NCBI GenBank assembly: GCA_048938105.1
Contig: JBHLMN010000007.1
Span: 160,001-224,000, forward strand
Direction of reading: 5' to 3'
DNA length: 64,000 bases
From: Promethearchaeota archaeon
Lineage (GTDB): Archaea > Asgardarchaeota > Heimdallarchaeia > Hodarchaeales > Hodarchaeaceae
Part shown: piece after piece, positions 30,261 to 41,336 of the stretch
Numbering within the stretch: position 1 is the stretch's first letter
Layout: each line of letters starts with the position of its first letter
The notes under the pieces: generated by a model
The model's input: the letters and a program-made list of their open reading frames with translations, nothing else
Database searches by the model: none
Told to the model about the DNA's origin: nothing
Position numbers and translations under genes: made by a program

Positions 30261-30626
30261 ATACAATCCTCCAATAAATTGTGCTTCAAAACACAAAATA
30301 GATGATAAGATTTTTCTTCATTGATATTGAATCCTTTGCTGTGATAATTTCCATCTTCTTTGCTTTATTCAACCATTCTTCTATTTCTTCTCTAATAAAG
30401 GGCCAAGATTCGCTCAATATGAAAACCTTTATGAATTCTAGATTAATGTTTCACTTTCTACTTCTCAATTAGCTATAATTTCACATGTTAATCTGTTCCA
30501 GATCAAAATATAGATAAAATATGCCAAATGATATGGGAGCTCTATAAAAATAATAAACATAATCTTCGCTTAGAAATATTCCTCTCGGAAATCCAAAAAT
30601 AAATATCCTATTTATGTGATAAAATT

Positions 30627-32345
30627 ATGAGATCAGCCAATTCTGACGAAGCTACATCTTCTAAAGATTTTATTCGAAAAATGATTTCAGAAGATGTTAA
30701 AAACAATAAAAATAATGGCCGAGTCCATACTCGATTCCCTCCTGAACCCAATGGTTGGTTACACATTGGTCATGCGAAATCAATTCATCTCAATTTTAGT
30801 ATTGCAAGTGAATTCAATGGATTATGCAATTTACGGTTTGATGACACGGATCCTGCTAAAGAAAGCATGGAATATGTAGAGGCAATTAAAAAAGATATTC
30901 AGTGGCTCGGGTTCGATTGGGAAGATAGACTCTATTTTGCATCGGATTATTTTGAACAATTATATCAATTTGCTATAGAATTAATTAAAACTGGAAAGGC
31001 TTATGTTTGTGATTTAAGTGTAGAAGAAATTAAAGCTCAAAGGGGAACATCAGATGAGCCAGGGAAAGAAAGTCCATATCGTAACCGATCAGTAAAAGAA
31101 AATCTTGATCTATTTGAAAAGATGCGTAAGGGGGAGTTTAAGGATGGTTCCCGCGTATTGAGGGCAAAAATAGACATGAAATCTCCTAATATGTTAATGC
31201 GTGACCCAATAATGTACCGAATAAAGAGGGAACCGCATTATAGAACAGGGGACAAGTGGGTCATATATCCCAGTTATGATTATACTCATGGTCAATCAGA
31301 CGCCATCGAAGGAATTACTCATTCAATCTGCTCATTAGAATTTGAAACACATAGACCTCTATATAATTGGTATAGGGACCAACTCCTTTCTTTAAACATG
31401 CTTAAATACTGTCCAGAACAAATTGAATTTTCACGACTAAACTTAACATTTACGGTTATGAGTAAACGACGTTTATTAGAATTAGTTGAAAATAGGCAAG
31501 TATCAGGATGGGATGATCCTCGAATGCCCACACTTGCGGGTTTACGTAGACGTGGTTTTCCTCCAGAAGCAATCAGAAATTTTTTAGCTAAAGTCGGAAT
31601 ATCAAAAAGAGAGAATTACATAGATGTAGGCCTTTTAGAAGCCTGCGTCCGTGAAGAAATGGATAAAAAATGCGATCGTGTAATGGCTGTACTGCATCCC
31701 TTAAAGATTGTGATTCAGAATTATCCAGAGGATAAGGTTGAAGAACTAGATGCCCCTAATCATCCCAAAAATCCAGATAGAGGTTCACGGAAAATACCAT
31801 TTTCACGAGTACTATACATTGAACATGGCGATTTTCTTGAAGAACCTCCAAAGAAATTCTATCGACTTGCGCCTGGAAGAGAGGTTCGACTTCGATATGC
31901 ATATTATATAAAATGTATTAATGTAATTAAAGATGAAAAATCGGGGGAGATAATAGAATTGCATGCAACATTTGATCCTGAAACCAAAGGAGGATTTGCT
32001 CCAGACGGGCGAAAAGTAAAAGCTACTCTCCATTGGGTCTCAGCTGAACATGCAATTAAGGCAAAAGCACGTCTGTACGACAGACTTTTCATTAAAGAGA
32101 ATCCTCTGGAAGATGCAGACTTTTCAAAAAGTTTAAATCCCAAATCATTAGAGAAGGTATCATGTTATGTGGAACCGAGTCTTCAGACCGCAAAACCAGG
32201 GATGACGTATCAATTCGAACGTTTAGGATATTTTTGTGTCGATTCAGTGGATACAACACCCGAACAACTAGTTTTTAATCGCACGATAACTTTACGGGAT
32301 CCTTGGGCCAAGATTAAGAGATCTCAAAAAGTAAAAACAACATGA
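30627..32345 (+). CDS. glnS: Glutaminyl-tRNA synthetase (bacterial-type)
   Basis: [10 protein letters not shown]..., [50 protein letters not shown]. Collinear with E. coli GlnRS as I recall it. Confidence 0.92.
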   Translation: MRSANSDEATSSKDFIRKMISEDVKNNKNNGRVHTRFPPEPNGWLHIGHAKSIHLNFSIASEFNGLCNLRFDDTDPAKESMEYVEAIKKDIQWLGFDWEDRLYFASDYFEQLYQFAIELIKTGKAYVCDLSVEEIKAQRGTSDEPGKESPYRNRSVKENLDLFEKMRKGEFKDGSRVLRAKIDMKSPNMLMRDPIMYRIKREPHYRTGDKWVIYPSYDYTHGQSDAIEGITHSICSLEFETHRPLYNWYRDQLLSLNMLKYCPEQIEFSRLNLTFTVMSKRRLLELVENRQVSGWDDPRMPTLAGLRRRGFPPEAIRNFLAKVGISKRENYIDVGLLEACVREEMDKKCDRVMAVLHPLKIVIQNYPEDKVEELDAPNHPKNPDRGSRKIPFSRVLYIEHGDFLEEPPKKFYRLAPGREVRLRYAYYIKCINVIKDEKSGEIIELHATFDPETKGGFAPDGRKVKATLHWVSAEHAIKAKARLYDRLFIKENPLEDADFSKSLNPKSLEKVSCYVEPSLQTAKPGMTYQFERLGYFCVDSVDTTPEQLVFNRTITLRDPWAKIKRSQKVKTT

Positions 32346-32379
32346 CACATTTCTTGACAAGAGAATAAAAAAGAAATGA

Positions 32380-32451
32380 CAGCCCCGCCCAGAATCGAAC
32401 TGGGGTTATCGGATTCAGAGTCCGAAGTGATAACCGCTACACCACGGGGCT
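32380..32451 (-). tRNA. tRNA-Gln(CUG)
   Basis: AGCCCCG acceptor stem, TCGGA-CT[CTG]AA-TCCGA anticodon arm, CCCAG-TTCGATT-CTGGG T-arm, G73, no encoded CCA. Confidence 0.96.
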
Positions 32452-32502
32452 TGTTTTGAATTTTTAAGTTTTTATATTTAAGTGAGAAAGAGAAGAAAGA
32501 AG

Positions 32503-32609
32503 CAGCCCCGCCCGGATTTGAACCGAGGTCGAGAGGGTCAAAGCCTCTTATGCTAGTCCACATTGCCTAATTGTGGATGATAACCACAATGTGTCTACAC
32601 CACGGGGCT
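32503..32609 (-). tRNA. tRNA-Gln(UUG) with ~34-nt D-loop insertion (putative non-canonical intron)
   Basis: AGCCCCG acceptor stem, AGAGG-CT[TTG]AC-CCTCT anticodon arm, CTCGG-TTCAAAT-CCGGG T-arm. Extra sequence lies at about 32561-32594. Confidence 0.9.
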
Positions 32610-32697
32610 TAAGAATAGATATTCTCTCAGGTCTTTATCAAATTAATCTTCTTTTGAAAAATTTTATTGGATATTTTCTTTTATTAAAAACTAATAT

Positions 32698-34182
32698 CTA
32701 TTTTGGAATTGAGAAATAAAATGTACTACCCTTCCCCTCTCCTTCTGATTTCACCCATATCATTCCCTGATGTAATTCTATAATTGACTTCGAAATATAT
32801 AGACCTAATCCAAGACCTTGGCCATGAATCTTTGTATTTCCTTGTGGTTCAAACAGACTGAAAAGCTGATCAAATTTATCTGGATGTATCCCTATTCCTT
32901 CATCTTTAACTGAGACAATATATTCATGTGGTTTGTTTCTTAACGTAACAATAATTTCTCCATCATTTGAAAATTTTACTGAATTTTCTATTAAATTTCG
33001 AAGTACCTGATCAATTCGATCCGCATCAACCATAACTTGGTCAGGTGCTTCATTACCCTCTTTCATAAATGTAATCTTTAAATTGTTCTTTTCTACATAT
33101 TTTGTTATATCATTTACAAAATTCTCTACTATTTCTTCCAAATTAGATTGCTTTTTATTGAGTTCGAATAAATTTCTTCTTATACGAGATAAATCAAAAC
33201 TTGCATCGAGGAGCTTTTCGATTCGATGATAATTTCTATTTATGGAGTCATATATTTTCTTCCGCTGTTGTTTAGTTAAATTTCGACCAGTTTCACCTTG
33301 TTGCAATAATTCTATATTTCCCCACATTATGGATAGTGGTGTACGTATTTCGTGAGAAACAAAATCAATAAATTGACTCTTTAGAACATCCAATTCTTTT
33401 AATTCCTCCATTTGTACTTCGATAATTTTCCATGCAATATCTCTTATATGTTCACGTGTTCTAAAGATAACTAAGATAGTAATGGTCAGGCCAACGGTAT
33501 AAGTAATACCTGCTATAATTAAGATCTCCACAGTCGACCCAGTGACCTTAATTAACTCACTAATCCCACCTAACAATCCTCCAAGTCCGAAGTATTTTAA
33601 ATACTGGCGTCTGATTAAAGTTGACATGGTTTTTGGAAAGAATATGTCAGTTAATGGCTTAGCAAAGAAAACTATGACTGTAAAGCCAATTAATAGTTCA
33701 GCTAACAGAAGAAAAGAAAAAAACCATATATCGGATAAAAATAACTGATATAGGGAGTCAAAAATCATACTTCCCATATCAAACATTAAATATCTTACTA
33801 TGGTAAAAAAGCCGAAAAATAAACAAACTCCTATAATTACTTTTGTTGTTAAGGTATGATAAGGATAATTAGTATCAACGACAACAAAAATACACAGAAA
33901 AACCAGGAATGTGCTAATTGAAGCAATTGTTAATATACTAACAATTGAGTTCAACACCTCAACACCCTCCTGATTTAGAAAAGAAATATAAAGAAAATAA
34001 GAAAAAGAATAACCAGTTATACCTCCATACATGCCTAATAGTGCTTTATTTTTCTGTGTACGAAGATCTTTACTATCAATGAGATAGAATAAGACGATAG
34101 AGAAGAATAATAAAGGAAGAATTGTATTCAATGCATAAATAAGCTCTAAAAATAGATTTGTGAACACCATAGAATTATCCAC
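32698..34182 (-). CDS. Membrane sensor histidine kinase
   Basis: Multi-TM N-terminus, SHEIRTPL H-box, NLIENSVKF, DEGIGI, GLGLGLYI, GKGSTFYF. Confidence 0.95.
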   Translation of the reverse strand: MDNSMVFTNLFLELIYALNTILPLLFFSIVLFYLIDSKDLRTQKNKALLGMYGGITGYSFSYFLYISFLNQEGVEVLNSIVSILTIASISTFLVFLCIFVVVDTNYPYHTLTTKVIIGVCLFFGFFTIVRYLMFDMGSMIFDSLYQLFLSDIWFFSFLLLAELLIGFTVIVFFAKPLTDIFFPKTMSTLIRRQYLKYFGLGGLLGGISELIKVTGSTVEILIIAGITYTVGLTITILVIFRTREHIRDIAWKIIEVQMEELKELDVLKSQFIDFVSHEIRTPLSIMWGNIELLQQGETGRNLTKQQRKKIYDSINRNYHRIEKLLDASFDLSRIRRNLFELNKKQSNLEEIVENFVNDITKYVEKNNLKITFMKEGNEAPDQVMVDADRIDQVLRNLIENSVKFSNDGEIIVTLRNKPHEYIVSVKDEGIGIHPDKFDQLFSLFEPQGNTKIHGQGLGLGLYISKSIIELHQGMIWVKSEGEGKGSTFYFSIPK

Positions 34183-34412
34183 ATCTTTTTAAGCAATTAT
34201 AATTACAATTCTTTTTCAATTAGTGTAGAATCCATTTGATTTTCAATATCCTCTGTTATCTATCTCATTGATAGTTTATTAAACTACCTAAACATTACTA
34301 GAGAATCTATCTTGATGAAAAGATTGCATAATCTGACTAGTACCCAAAAATGGCATCATAAAAACTAAGACATTAACTGAAGGTCAAACTTTCAATAGAA
34401 AGCTTCTTTGAT

Positions 34413-35636
34413 TTATGCTCCAAATTTATGAACTCTTCCAGCAATACCTAGCATTAGAGGAATTATTTGTTGGCCTATTAAATGACCTAATCCTCCTCTC
34501 ATGGTTGGCCGCTCACCGAATTCAGTTACTTGATCCGAACGAACACCCTCACCAGCTATTAGAACTGGTACTGGATCAGATGAATGGTCTCGCATTACAC
34601 AAGGAGTGCTATGATCACCTGTGATGCAAATGATCGTATCTGACAGTATCTCAAAAAAACGTTCAATTGCAATGTCTATCTCATCAATGAATTCCATTTT
34701 TTGAATGGGTTTGTTGTCATGGCCGAAATTATCTGTCCCCTTTACATGTAAAACCACAAATTGAGCTCTTTTAAACGAGTCCATGACTGCATTAACTTTA
34801 GAATTAAGGTCGGTTGGAACTCCTCCCGTACCTCTATGATCATTATTAATTCTCATACCACAAATAGAGGCAACTCCTTTATACAATCCACCACCAGCAA
34901 CACATTCAGAACTAAGACCAAATTTAGTTTGAAAGCTTTCTAAGTGAGGGGCTATACCTGCGCCTCTGACTAATAAATAGTTTGCAGGCAGCTTATTTTT
35001 ACTGATTCTCTTTTTATTTATCTCGAGAGATTCCATTATCTCCGAAGCTTCTTGAATAAACCGTTTTAATATCCGAGCTGTTTTCTCTGCTTCAGAACTC
35101 GTGGGAATAATGGGTTTTGGTTTTTTATTTTCAATTTTCGGATCATTACCAGTCACATGATGCGAAAGGCCAGGACCTCTTAAAACTAGAGCCGCACGAT
35201 GGTCTATTCCAACTTTAAATATTGTTTCTATATCATCTATTGTTATATTCTGAAGTGCTTGTTCAATTTCTTGGGTACCCTCAGAAATTCGACCAGCACG
35301 ACGATCAAGTATTATTCCATCCTCAATTGTAGCCATATTTGTTCGAAAAGCGATATCGCCTGGTCTCACTGGTACATCAGTTCCAGCAGCTTCAAAGGGC
35401 CCTCTTCCAGTATATACTTCATAAGGATCGTACCCGAAGAGTGCAAGGTGAGCAGTATCACTGCCCGGAGTGATACCTCTACCAATCGTATGTAAATGAC
35501 CAGTTATACCCATCTGGGCCAACCTGTCCATTGTGGGTGTTTTAGCGGCCTCCAAAGGTGTTTTATTACCTAATTCTGGTATTGGGCGATCGCCCACGCC
35601 ATCCATAATGAATAAGAGAAGTTTTCTTTCCTGCAT
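34413..35636 (-). CDS. apgM: 2,3-BPG-independent phosphoglycerate mutase, archaeal type
   Basis: [47 protein letters not shown]. Likely start MQERK at 35636. Confidence 0.95.
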   Translation of the reverse strand: MQERKLLLFIMDGVGDRPIPELGNKTPLEAAKTPTMDRLAQMGITGHLHTIGRGITPGSDTAHLALFGYDPYEVYTGRGPFEAAGTDVPVRPGDIAFRTNMATIEDGIILDRRAGRISEGTQEIEQALQNITIDDIETIFKVGIDHRAALVLRGPGLSHHVTGNDPKIENKKPKPIIPTSSEAEKTARILKRFIQEASEIMESLEINKKRISKNKLPANYLLVRGAGIAPHLESFQTKFGLSSECVAGGGLYKGVASICGMRINNDHRGTGGVPTDLNSKVNAVMDSFKRAQFVVLHVKGTDNFGHDNKPIQKMEFIDEIDIAIERFFEILSDTIICITGDHSTPCVMRDHSSDPVPVLIAGEGVRSDQVTEFGERPTMRGGLGHLIGQQIIPLMLGIAGRVHKFGA

Positions 35637-35682
35637 ATCAATAATTCCTTTATTATAAATTCTGTAGAACCAAAGTCTAGTT

Positions 35683-36831
35683 TTAAGAAACAGGTTTCCA
35701 GAGGATCCCAAGTTTATCTGCTTTATTTCGAGCCAATGTCAATTCTTCATATGTAATGCCTCGGTTGATGTCTTTATACTTATCAGGATTCTTGCGAACC
35801 TTATGCATCGGCCTGTACTGACCCATGACATTAACCAAGGCCTTGGGAACATTGTTATTACACCATTCAAGGATAGGGTAGCTATCTGCTTCTATCCGAC
35901 CAGGCATTACTAGATGCCGAACTATCATTTCCCCAGAACCTTTATCATGAGCCATTTTTATGTTGCGAGTGATTACTGCCCAATAATTCGGGATTTTCGA
36001 CATTCGTTTGGCAAAATCATCATTGGCGTATTTTAGATCCGGTAACCAGAAATCCATAACTTCCAATAATAATTTCATTCCCTCAATACTTAGATACATA
36101 TTTGAATTCCAGAGCTGACAAATATTTGTTTCGAAGTATTGAAGAACATGGAGAATTACATGAAGGTTGGAGGTGGGATCTCCACCAACCCAATTTATAT
36201 TTCGAGCACCTTCCCTTGATAATGCTCCAGCAATAAGAGCAATTTGTTGAGGGGTTCGTTTGACACCATCACGAATTTCCCCACTTTCACGATCCCTCCA
36301 TTCTTGACTTATAGAATGATTTTGGCAGAAGACACATTTAAAGGTGCATCCTGAAAAAAAGATCGTCCCAGAGGGCACAAGCACAGTTTCCTCTCCCGTA
36401 TGTAAAAAAGCAGAACTGATAATTGCTTCTTTACCAACTTTACAAACACCAAGTTCTCCTGCTTCTCGATTTTTTTGACATCGTCGTTCACAAAAACAAC
36501 ATTCCTTAAGCATTTCATCAGCAATTTTAGTCTTTAAATCAAGAAAAGATGGGTTCACTGACTCTGGGACAACGCTCGAATTAGCTCCTTCATCGTATTC
36601 ACTTAGGAAGATATTGAATTCTGATGCTAATCTATCATGTTCACGCCAAAGCACTGGTAAATCAGTTTCTAAATCAATATCTATTGGTAATGCCTTTGTT
36701 AAGAGGTAACGTGCAATTTTCTCTTCATGAATTAGCTGATAATAGCGGTTAAGTCTATTGACAACTTCGGGGTTTTTCCAAACAGAGACTCTGTCAGGTC
36801 GTATTCGCCACATCTTTCTCAGAATATTCAA
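35683..36831 (-). CDS. PflX-like radical SAM protein
   Basis: CCFCERRC, HTGEE, SGTIFFSGCTFKCVFCQN, VRHLVMPG, NVMGQYRP. Confidence 0.9.
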   Translation of the reverse strand: MNILRKMWRIRPDRVSVWKNPEVVNRLNRYYQLIHEEKIARYLLTKALPIDIDLETDLPVLWREHDRLASEFNIFLSEYDEGANSSVVPESVNPSFLDLKTKIADEMLKECCFCERRCQKNREAGELGVCKVGKEAIISSAFLHTGEETVLVPSGTIFFSGCTFKCVFCQNHSISQEWRDRESGEIRDGVKRTPQQIALIAGALSREGARNINWVGGDPTSNLHVILHVLQYFETNICQLWNSNMYLSIEGMKLLLEVMDFWLPDLKYANDDFAKRMSKIPNYWAVITRNIKMAHDKGSGEMIVRHLVMPGRIEADSYPILEWCNNNVPKALVNVMGQYRPMHKVRKNPDKYKDINRGITYEELTLARNKADKLGILWKPVS

Positions 36832-36930
36832 ATCCTACAAGTTAATAAATGTCTTGGAAGATCTTACGAAGATAAAAACGAACTTAAGTATTATTTCAAT
36901 AATTTGAATTCAAGATTATAAAAAAAACTG

Positions 36931-38145
36931 GTGATTGATTTGATCAAATTAACTCTAGATGATATTGTTGAAGCCCAGAAAACACTTGAAGGAAAAGTAA
37001 AACGAACTCCACTTAATCCGTCCACCACATTCTCTAAAATGACTGGTTGTGAGGTTTATATCAAGCATGAAAATTTACAAAAGGCAGGATCGTTTAAAGT
37101 CCGGGGAGCTTATAACAAGATCGCTAACTTAGAAAGAGACGAGAGAAAGAGAGGTATCGTTGCAGTTAGCACAGGTAATCATGCACAGGGCGTAGCGCTG
37201 GCAGCAACAATATTTGGAACTCCCTCGACCATCGTTATGCCCAAGGGGGCCCCAATTTCAAAAGTTGAGGCGACAAAGGGATATGGGGGGCAAGTTATTC
37301 TATGGGGTGATAGTTTTGAAGAAGCCTTCACAAAAGCAAAGGAAATCAAAGAGAAAGATAATTTAACATTAATTCATGCATTTGACGATGTAGATGTAGC
37401 TGCAGGTCAGGGAACCATTGGTTTGGAAATATTAGAAGATCTTCCCGAGGTAGATTTAGTAGTATGCCCAATTGGAGGAGGGGGGTTAATCTCAGGTATT
37501 TCTACAGCTATCAAAGCAAAAAAACCAGAGTGTCGTATTATTGGGGTTCAAGCCAAGAAAATGGATGCAGCTTATCGATCCTTCCAAAAAGGAACTTTAA
37601 TTCATACCGAGAAAGGTAATACAATTGCAGATGGAATTGCCATTAAAAGTCCTAGTAAGTTCACTTTCTCGATAATAAAATCACTATTAGATGGAATTGT
37701 CATAGTTGAAGAAGAGGAAATAGCTCAAGCAATGCTTCTCCTTCTAGAACGGTGTAAATCAGTAGTAGAAGGAGCGGGAGCAGTAGCTTTAGCAGCCTTA
37801 TTATACCAAAATATTGCTAAAAAGGGAGAAAAAGTTGTGTTAGTTGTTAGTGGAGGGAATGTAGATACAACTATCTTAAGTAAACTTATTACTCAAGGAT
37901 TAATAAAATCGGGCCGCTATAGAGAACTGAGAGTGTTAATGGAAGATAAGCCAGGTAAACTTGAAACCCTGTTAGAGATTATTTCAGACTTAGAAGCAAA
38001 TATTATTGATATAAATGTAGATCGTTTTTCTCCTGATTTACCTTTTAATCACGTAATAGTACAATTGGCAGTAGAAACAAAAAATCTTGATCATTCTGTA
38101 GCTTTGTTAAAAGGAATCAAAAAACAATTTCAAATCCAGAGTTAA
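36931..38145 (+). CDS. ilvA: Threonine ammonia-lyase with C-terminal ACT domain
   Basis: ENLQKAGSFKVRGA, STGNHAQG, IGGGGLISG, SGGNVD, EDKPGKL. Confidence 0.92.
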   Translation: MIDLIKLTLDDIVEAQKTLEGKVKRTPLNPSTTFSKMTGCEVYIKHENLQKAGSFKVRGAYNKIANLERDERKRGIVAVSTGNHAQGVALAATIFGTPSTIVMPKGAPISKVEATKGYGGQVILWGDSFEEAFTKAKEIKEKDNLTLIHAFDDVDVAAGQGTIGLEILEDLPEVDLVVCPIGGGGLISGISTAIKAKKPECRIIGVQAKKMDAAYRSFQKGTLIHTEKGNTIADGIAIKSPSKFTFSIIKSLLDGIVIVEEEEIAQAMLLLLERCKSVVEGAGAVALAALLYQNIAKKGEKVVLVVSGGNVDTTILSKLITQGLIKSGRYRELRVLMEDKPGKLETLLEIISDLEANIIDINVDRFSPDLPFNHVIVQLAVETKNLDHSVALLKGIKKQFQIQS

Positions 38146-38201
38146 CAATATAACCTGAAAAAGTTAAAGAAAACAACTTACCTTAAAGGAAAAAATAGTT
38201 T

Positions 38202-40100
38202 TTAAAGGAAAGCAATCAGAACTAATGGTATTAGAACAATACTTGCGCCTACACTCAATCCTGTAACGATGGTAATACCTACATCCTTAACCTTTTCTTT
38301 CCCAAATCGCTTATTGGTAAATATTCTTACTATTCCACCTATCGAGAGCGAAATTCCCATGTGTGGAGGGAAAAAGAAACCAAAGAGAAGACCAATACCA
38401 ATATTTGGCCCGATCAATGACCCGAGAAATCCCCCAATAATCATTTCCACGAAATTAAGTACTGCTTCAATGTTTCGGGCAGCAAACGCCGTGATAATTG
38501 CAGCATTAAAAGGAAAAGCAGGAGCAGGAAAATCAGGTGTCCCAATACCGAGACTGAACCACAATAAGAGAGCGAAGAAGGGAGTAGTAATCACAGCACT
38601 TAAGTAACCCACAATGAATGAAACGAACATTGCTTTATTATCAGTATTAGTCATCAGAGCTAATTTCGAATAATTAACAATTTGAATACCCTCACGTATT
38701 TCTGCTACTGGCATTGCTAAGTATGGAACATAGGTCTTTCCTGATGTCCCCAAATATGTTGGGAGTAAATCAAAGATAAAAGGGGGGGAAAAAATAGTAG
38801 AACTCTTTGCTGAAGTTGAAACAGCTAAATAAATCAAAAATATTGTGCCTAATCCCATTATCCAAAAAACAATTATGAATGTGAGGATAAAATTGTCTCC
38901 TAATAATTTAAGATAATAAACAAATCCAACACACAGGAAAAATAGCACTGAATATAAAAAAATGAAATTCCAAGCTTTTCTTGTTCGTAAAGTTGCTGTT
39001 ATCTGTTTTTTAAGCGAAACCTTTTCTTCTGTTAGATTCTGTTGGGATTCTTCATTATTAACACTTGACTCGGAGGGATTTTGTTCCTTATTGTTTGAAT
39101 TATTTTGCTTGAAGTTGATTCCAAAACGCTTTAATATTGATTTTCCAACTTTATGTACTATTCCTCCTATTAGAATAGCTCCAAGGATAAATCCAATGAC
39201 AAAAGACAGATAGATATCTTGAAATCCATTCACAAAGAAGGAATAGAAATCTGTTTTTTCCGAAATATCAGCTAAGAAAATTGGACCAAATATAGGACCA
39301 TAGAATAAGATTGAACCAATCGCTGCGGACAAAGAAATTATTGGACGATCAATCAAAAAACCAGCTGAAAATAAACTAATCCCTACAATACCTAATGAGA
39401 TCCCAAAAATCCAACCATTTTCAGGTTGAGAAACATCTAAATAACTAAATCCAGCAAAAGTCGTTATAGCACTAAATAGAAAACCAATTAATCCAGCTTT
39501 CAAGAAGATAGGTAATTTTTCGGCTTTTTCAGTCATCACATTAATTGTTTCAGCCTGTTGGATCTGACTAGGAAAGGGAAATTCGTCATCATCGTGAATA
39601 AAATTATTTCTTATCTTTAAGGCAAACAAAATACCCATAATACCAGGTATGAGCATTAAAAACCAATGAACCATTAAAGGAGTCAACCATGCAGGATTTA
39701 GAATGTCACGACTGTTAATTATTTCTTGTGAAGGGAGTAACCAAGAAGGAACATCAAATCCAATTGATGCGTCGTGATTTTGGGCAAACCAGATCAGAAA
39801 TAATAGCGCGGTACTGGCCTCTGCGGCAATTGAGGCGCCAAAAGAAACTAATACTAGCGTCAAGTTTGATTTGTTATCTAAACCCTTCTGGTTTAAGATA
39901 ATTTTCCCCAGTAATAAGGCAAATATTGCCCCTATTCCAATAGAGACAAATCCCATGGTGATTGACAAATAGAGATTGATGAAATTAAAGAATAACCCAA
40001 TTGGTATACTTATTAATAATACCCAGGTGAGATTGTGGTTCTTTGACTCAAATTGTTCCATCATTTCGGAATTCTGCATGGTTTTCTCCATATAAAACAC
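38202..40100 (-). CDS. OPT-family oligopeptide transporter-like membrane protein
   Basis: Many TMs. NLYLSITMG, FPFPS, FPAPA and TGLSVGAS resemble OPT/YSL motifs. Confidence 0.7.
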   Translation of the reverse strand: MFYMEKTMQNSEMMEQFESKNHNLTWVLLISIPIGLFFNFINLYLSITMGFVSIGIGAIFALLLGKIILNQKGLDNKSNLTLVLVSFGASIAAEASTALLFLIWFAQNHDASIGFDVPSWLLPSQEIINSRDILNPAWLTPLMVHWFLMLIPGIMGILFALKIRNNFIHDDDEFPFPSQIQQAETINVMTEKAEKLPIFLKAGLIGFLFSAITTFAGFSYLDVSQPENGWIFGISLGIVGISLFSAGFLIDRPIISLSAAIGSILFYGPIFGPIFLADISEKTDFYSFFVNGFQDIYLSFVIGFILGAILIGGIVHKVGKSILKRFGINFKQNNSNNKEQNPSESSVNNEESQQNLTEEKVSLKKQITATLRTRKAWNFIFLYSVLFFLCVGFVYYLKLLGDNFILTFIIVFWIMGLGTIFLIYLAVSTSAKSSTIFSPPFIFDLLPTYLGTSGKTYVPYLAMPVAEIREGIQIVNYSKLALMTNTDNKAMFVSFIVGYLSAVITTPFFALLLWFSLGIGTPDFPAPAFPFNAAIITAFAARNIEAVLNFVEMIIGGFLGSLIGPNIGIGLLFGFFFPPHMGISLSIGGIVRIFTNKRFGKEKVKDVGITIVTGLSVGASIVLIPLVLIAFL

Positions 40101-40328
40101 TCCATTTAGCCATTACTCTTTAAAAATGAACCTATCTTACAAAAATAAGTATTAAATCAGAATTTTTATAATACAATAATTGTGTATAAAACTTACATTG
40201 GATTATATAAAAGAGGGGAAATCGGCAAAAAATGTTCTAGCTATCTAACCCACGTGAACAATATCTTCATCGATAGTTTGGATCAACCATTTGTTTTCCA
40301 TTTGTATAGTGGAGAATGAGTTTACATC

Positions 40329-40949
40329 CTAACAACATCTACATACTAACATCCACATAGTATGATATTCTGTATCAGCTGGATAATTCTTCTGATAGTA
40401 TTCTTGCAAGTCTATTACTTTTAGAAAACTAAATTCTTTCATGATTTCAGCTTTACTAGCAAAGTGAAGATAAGTTATACCATTAAAAGAATTGGGATCG
40501 TTGGGGACTGGCATTCCTACTCCATAATATTGTTTATCATTGCTGGAAAGAGTACTAAGGAAAAACCACCCTTGTAATTTAAGGAGTCTCTTAACTTTTT
40601 CTCTAAAGAGTTCTCGTTCGGTTTTATTGAAAAAATGATAAACATTCGAGATAAGAATGACATCGAATTGCTCATTTTCACTTAATTCTTTGAAACCAAT
40701 AGACTGTAATTCAATATCATTTTCTCCTGATAGAGTTACTCGTGCTTTCTGAATTTTCTCTTGAGAAGGATCAATGGCAACTATTCGCCTATTTCTCAAA
40801 TTTTGAGCTAAATAAAGAACATCACGTCCATCTCCACACCCAATATCTAAAATATTAATTTTCTCATTATCAACAATGTTTTGCAGGTTTTCTATTACAG
40901 TTAAAGCCATTTTACTTGGAAAATGTGAAGAATCAAAGATCTTAATCAT
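40329..40949 (-). CDS. Class I SAM-dependent methyltransferase
   Basis: ILDIGCGDGRD, FDVI, LKLQG. Confidence 0.9.
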   Translation of the reverse strand: MIKIFDSSHFPSKMALTVIENLQNIVDNEKINILDIGCGDGRDVLYLAQNLRNRRIVAIDPSQEKIQKARVTLSGENDIELQSIGFKELSENEQFDVILISNVYHFFNKTERELFREKVKRLLKLQGWFFLSTLSSNDKQYYGVGMPVPNDPNSFNGITYLHFASKAEIMKEFSFLKVIDLQEYYQKNYPADTEYHTMWMLVCRCC

Positions 40950-41336
40950 TTAATCCCCTTCATCAAGTATTTAGTCCGAATTAACATCGATGATACGAAC
41001 TCAGGCCCGATCTTTTCTTGTGAAAAAAAAATTATAAAGAGATTACAGTAATGAACCACCCCCAGTATCTTTATCTAAGGCTCTTGTAATACTCAGATAC
41101 CAGAATAAGTCCTTTTTTTTCCTTTTCTTCCATTTCTTATCCTTCTTCTTAGTTCTTAATTCTTCTTCATCATATTTATCAAATTGATAACCCAACTCTC
41201 TAAACTTCCCAAGTATTTAATAGTAACAGATTCTAATAAAGTTTCTGAAATCAGAATATTTCCCCCTTCATCAAATAATAAGTCATTAGAAGGAGATAGT
41301 GGGGAGTATATTACTCCCATTTTGCGTTATCATCCG

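Noticed and set aside
32324-32563. 79-aa ORF on the minus strand
   Set aside because: It is a translation of the two tRNA-Gln genes.
32380-32609. tRNA-targeted integrated element with an att duplication
   Set aside because: No integrase and no separate partial tRNA 3' copy were seen. The similarity is between two full tRNA genes.
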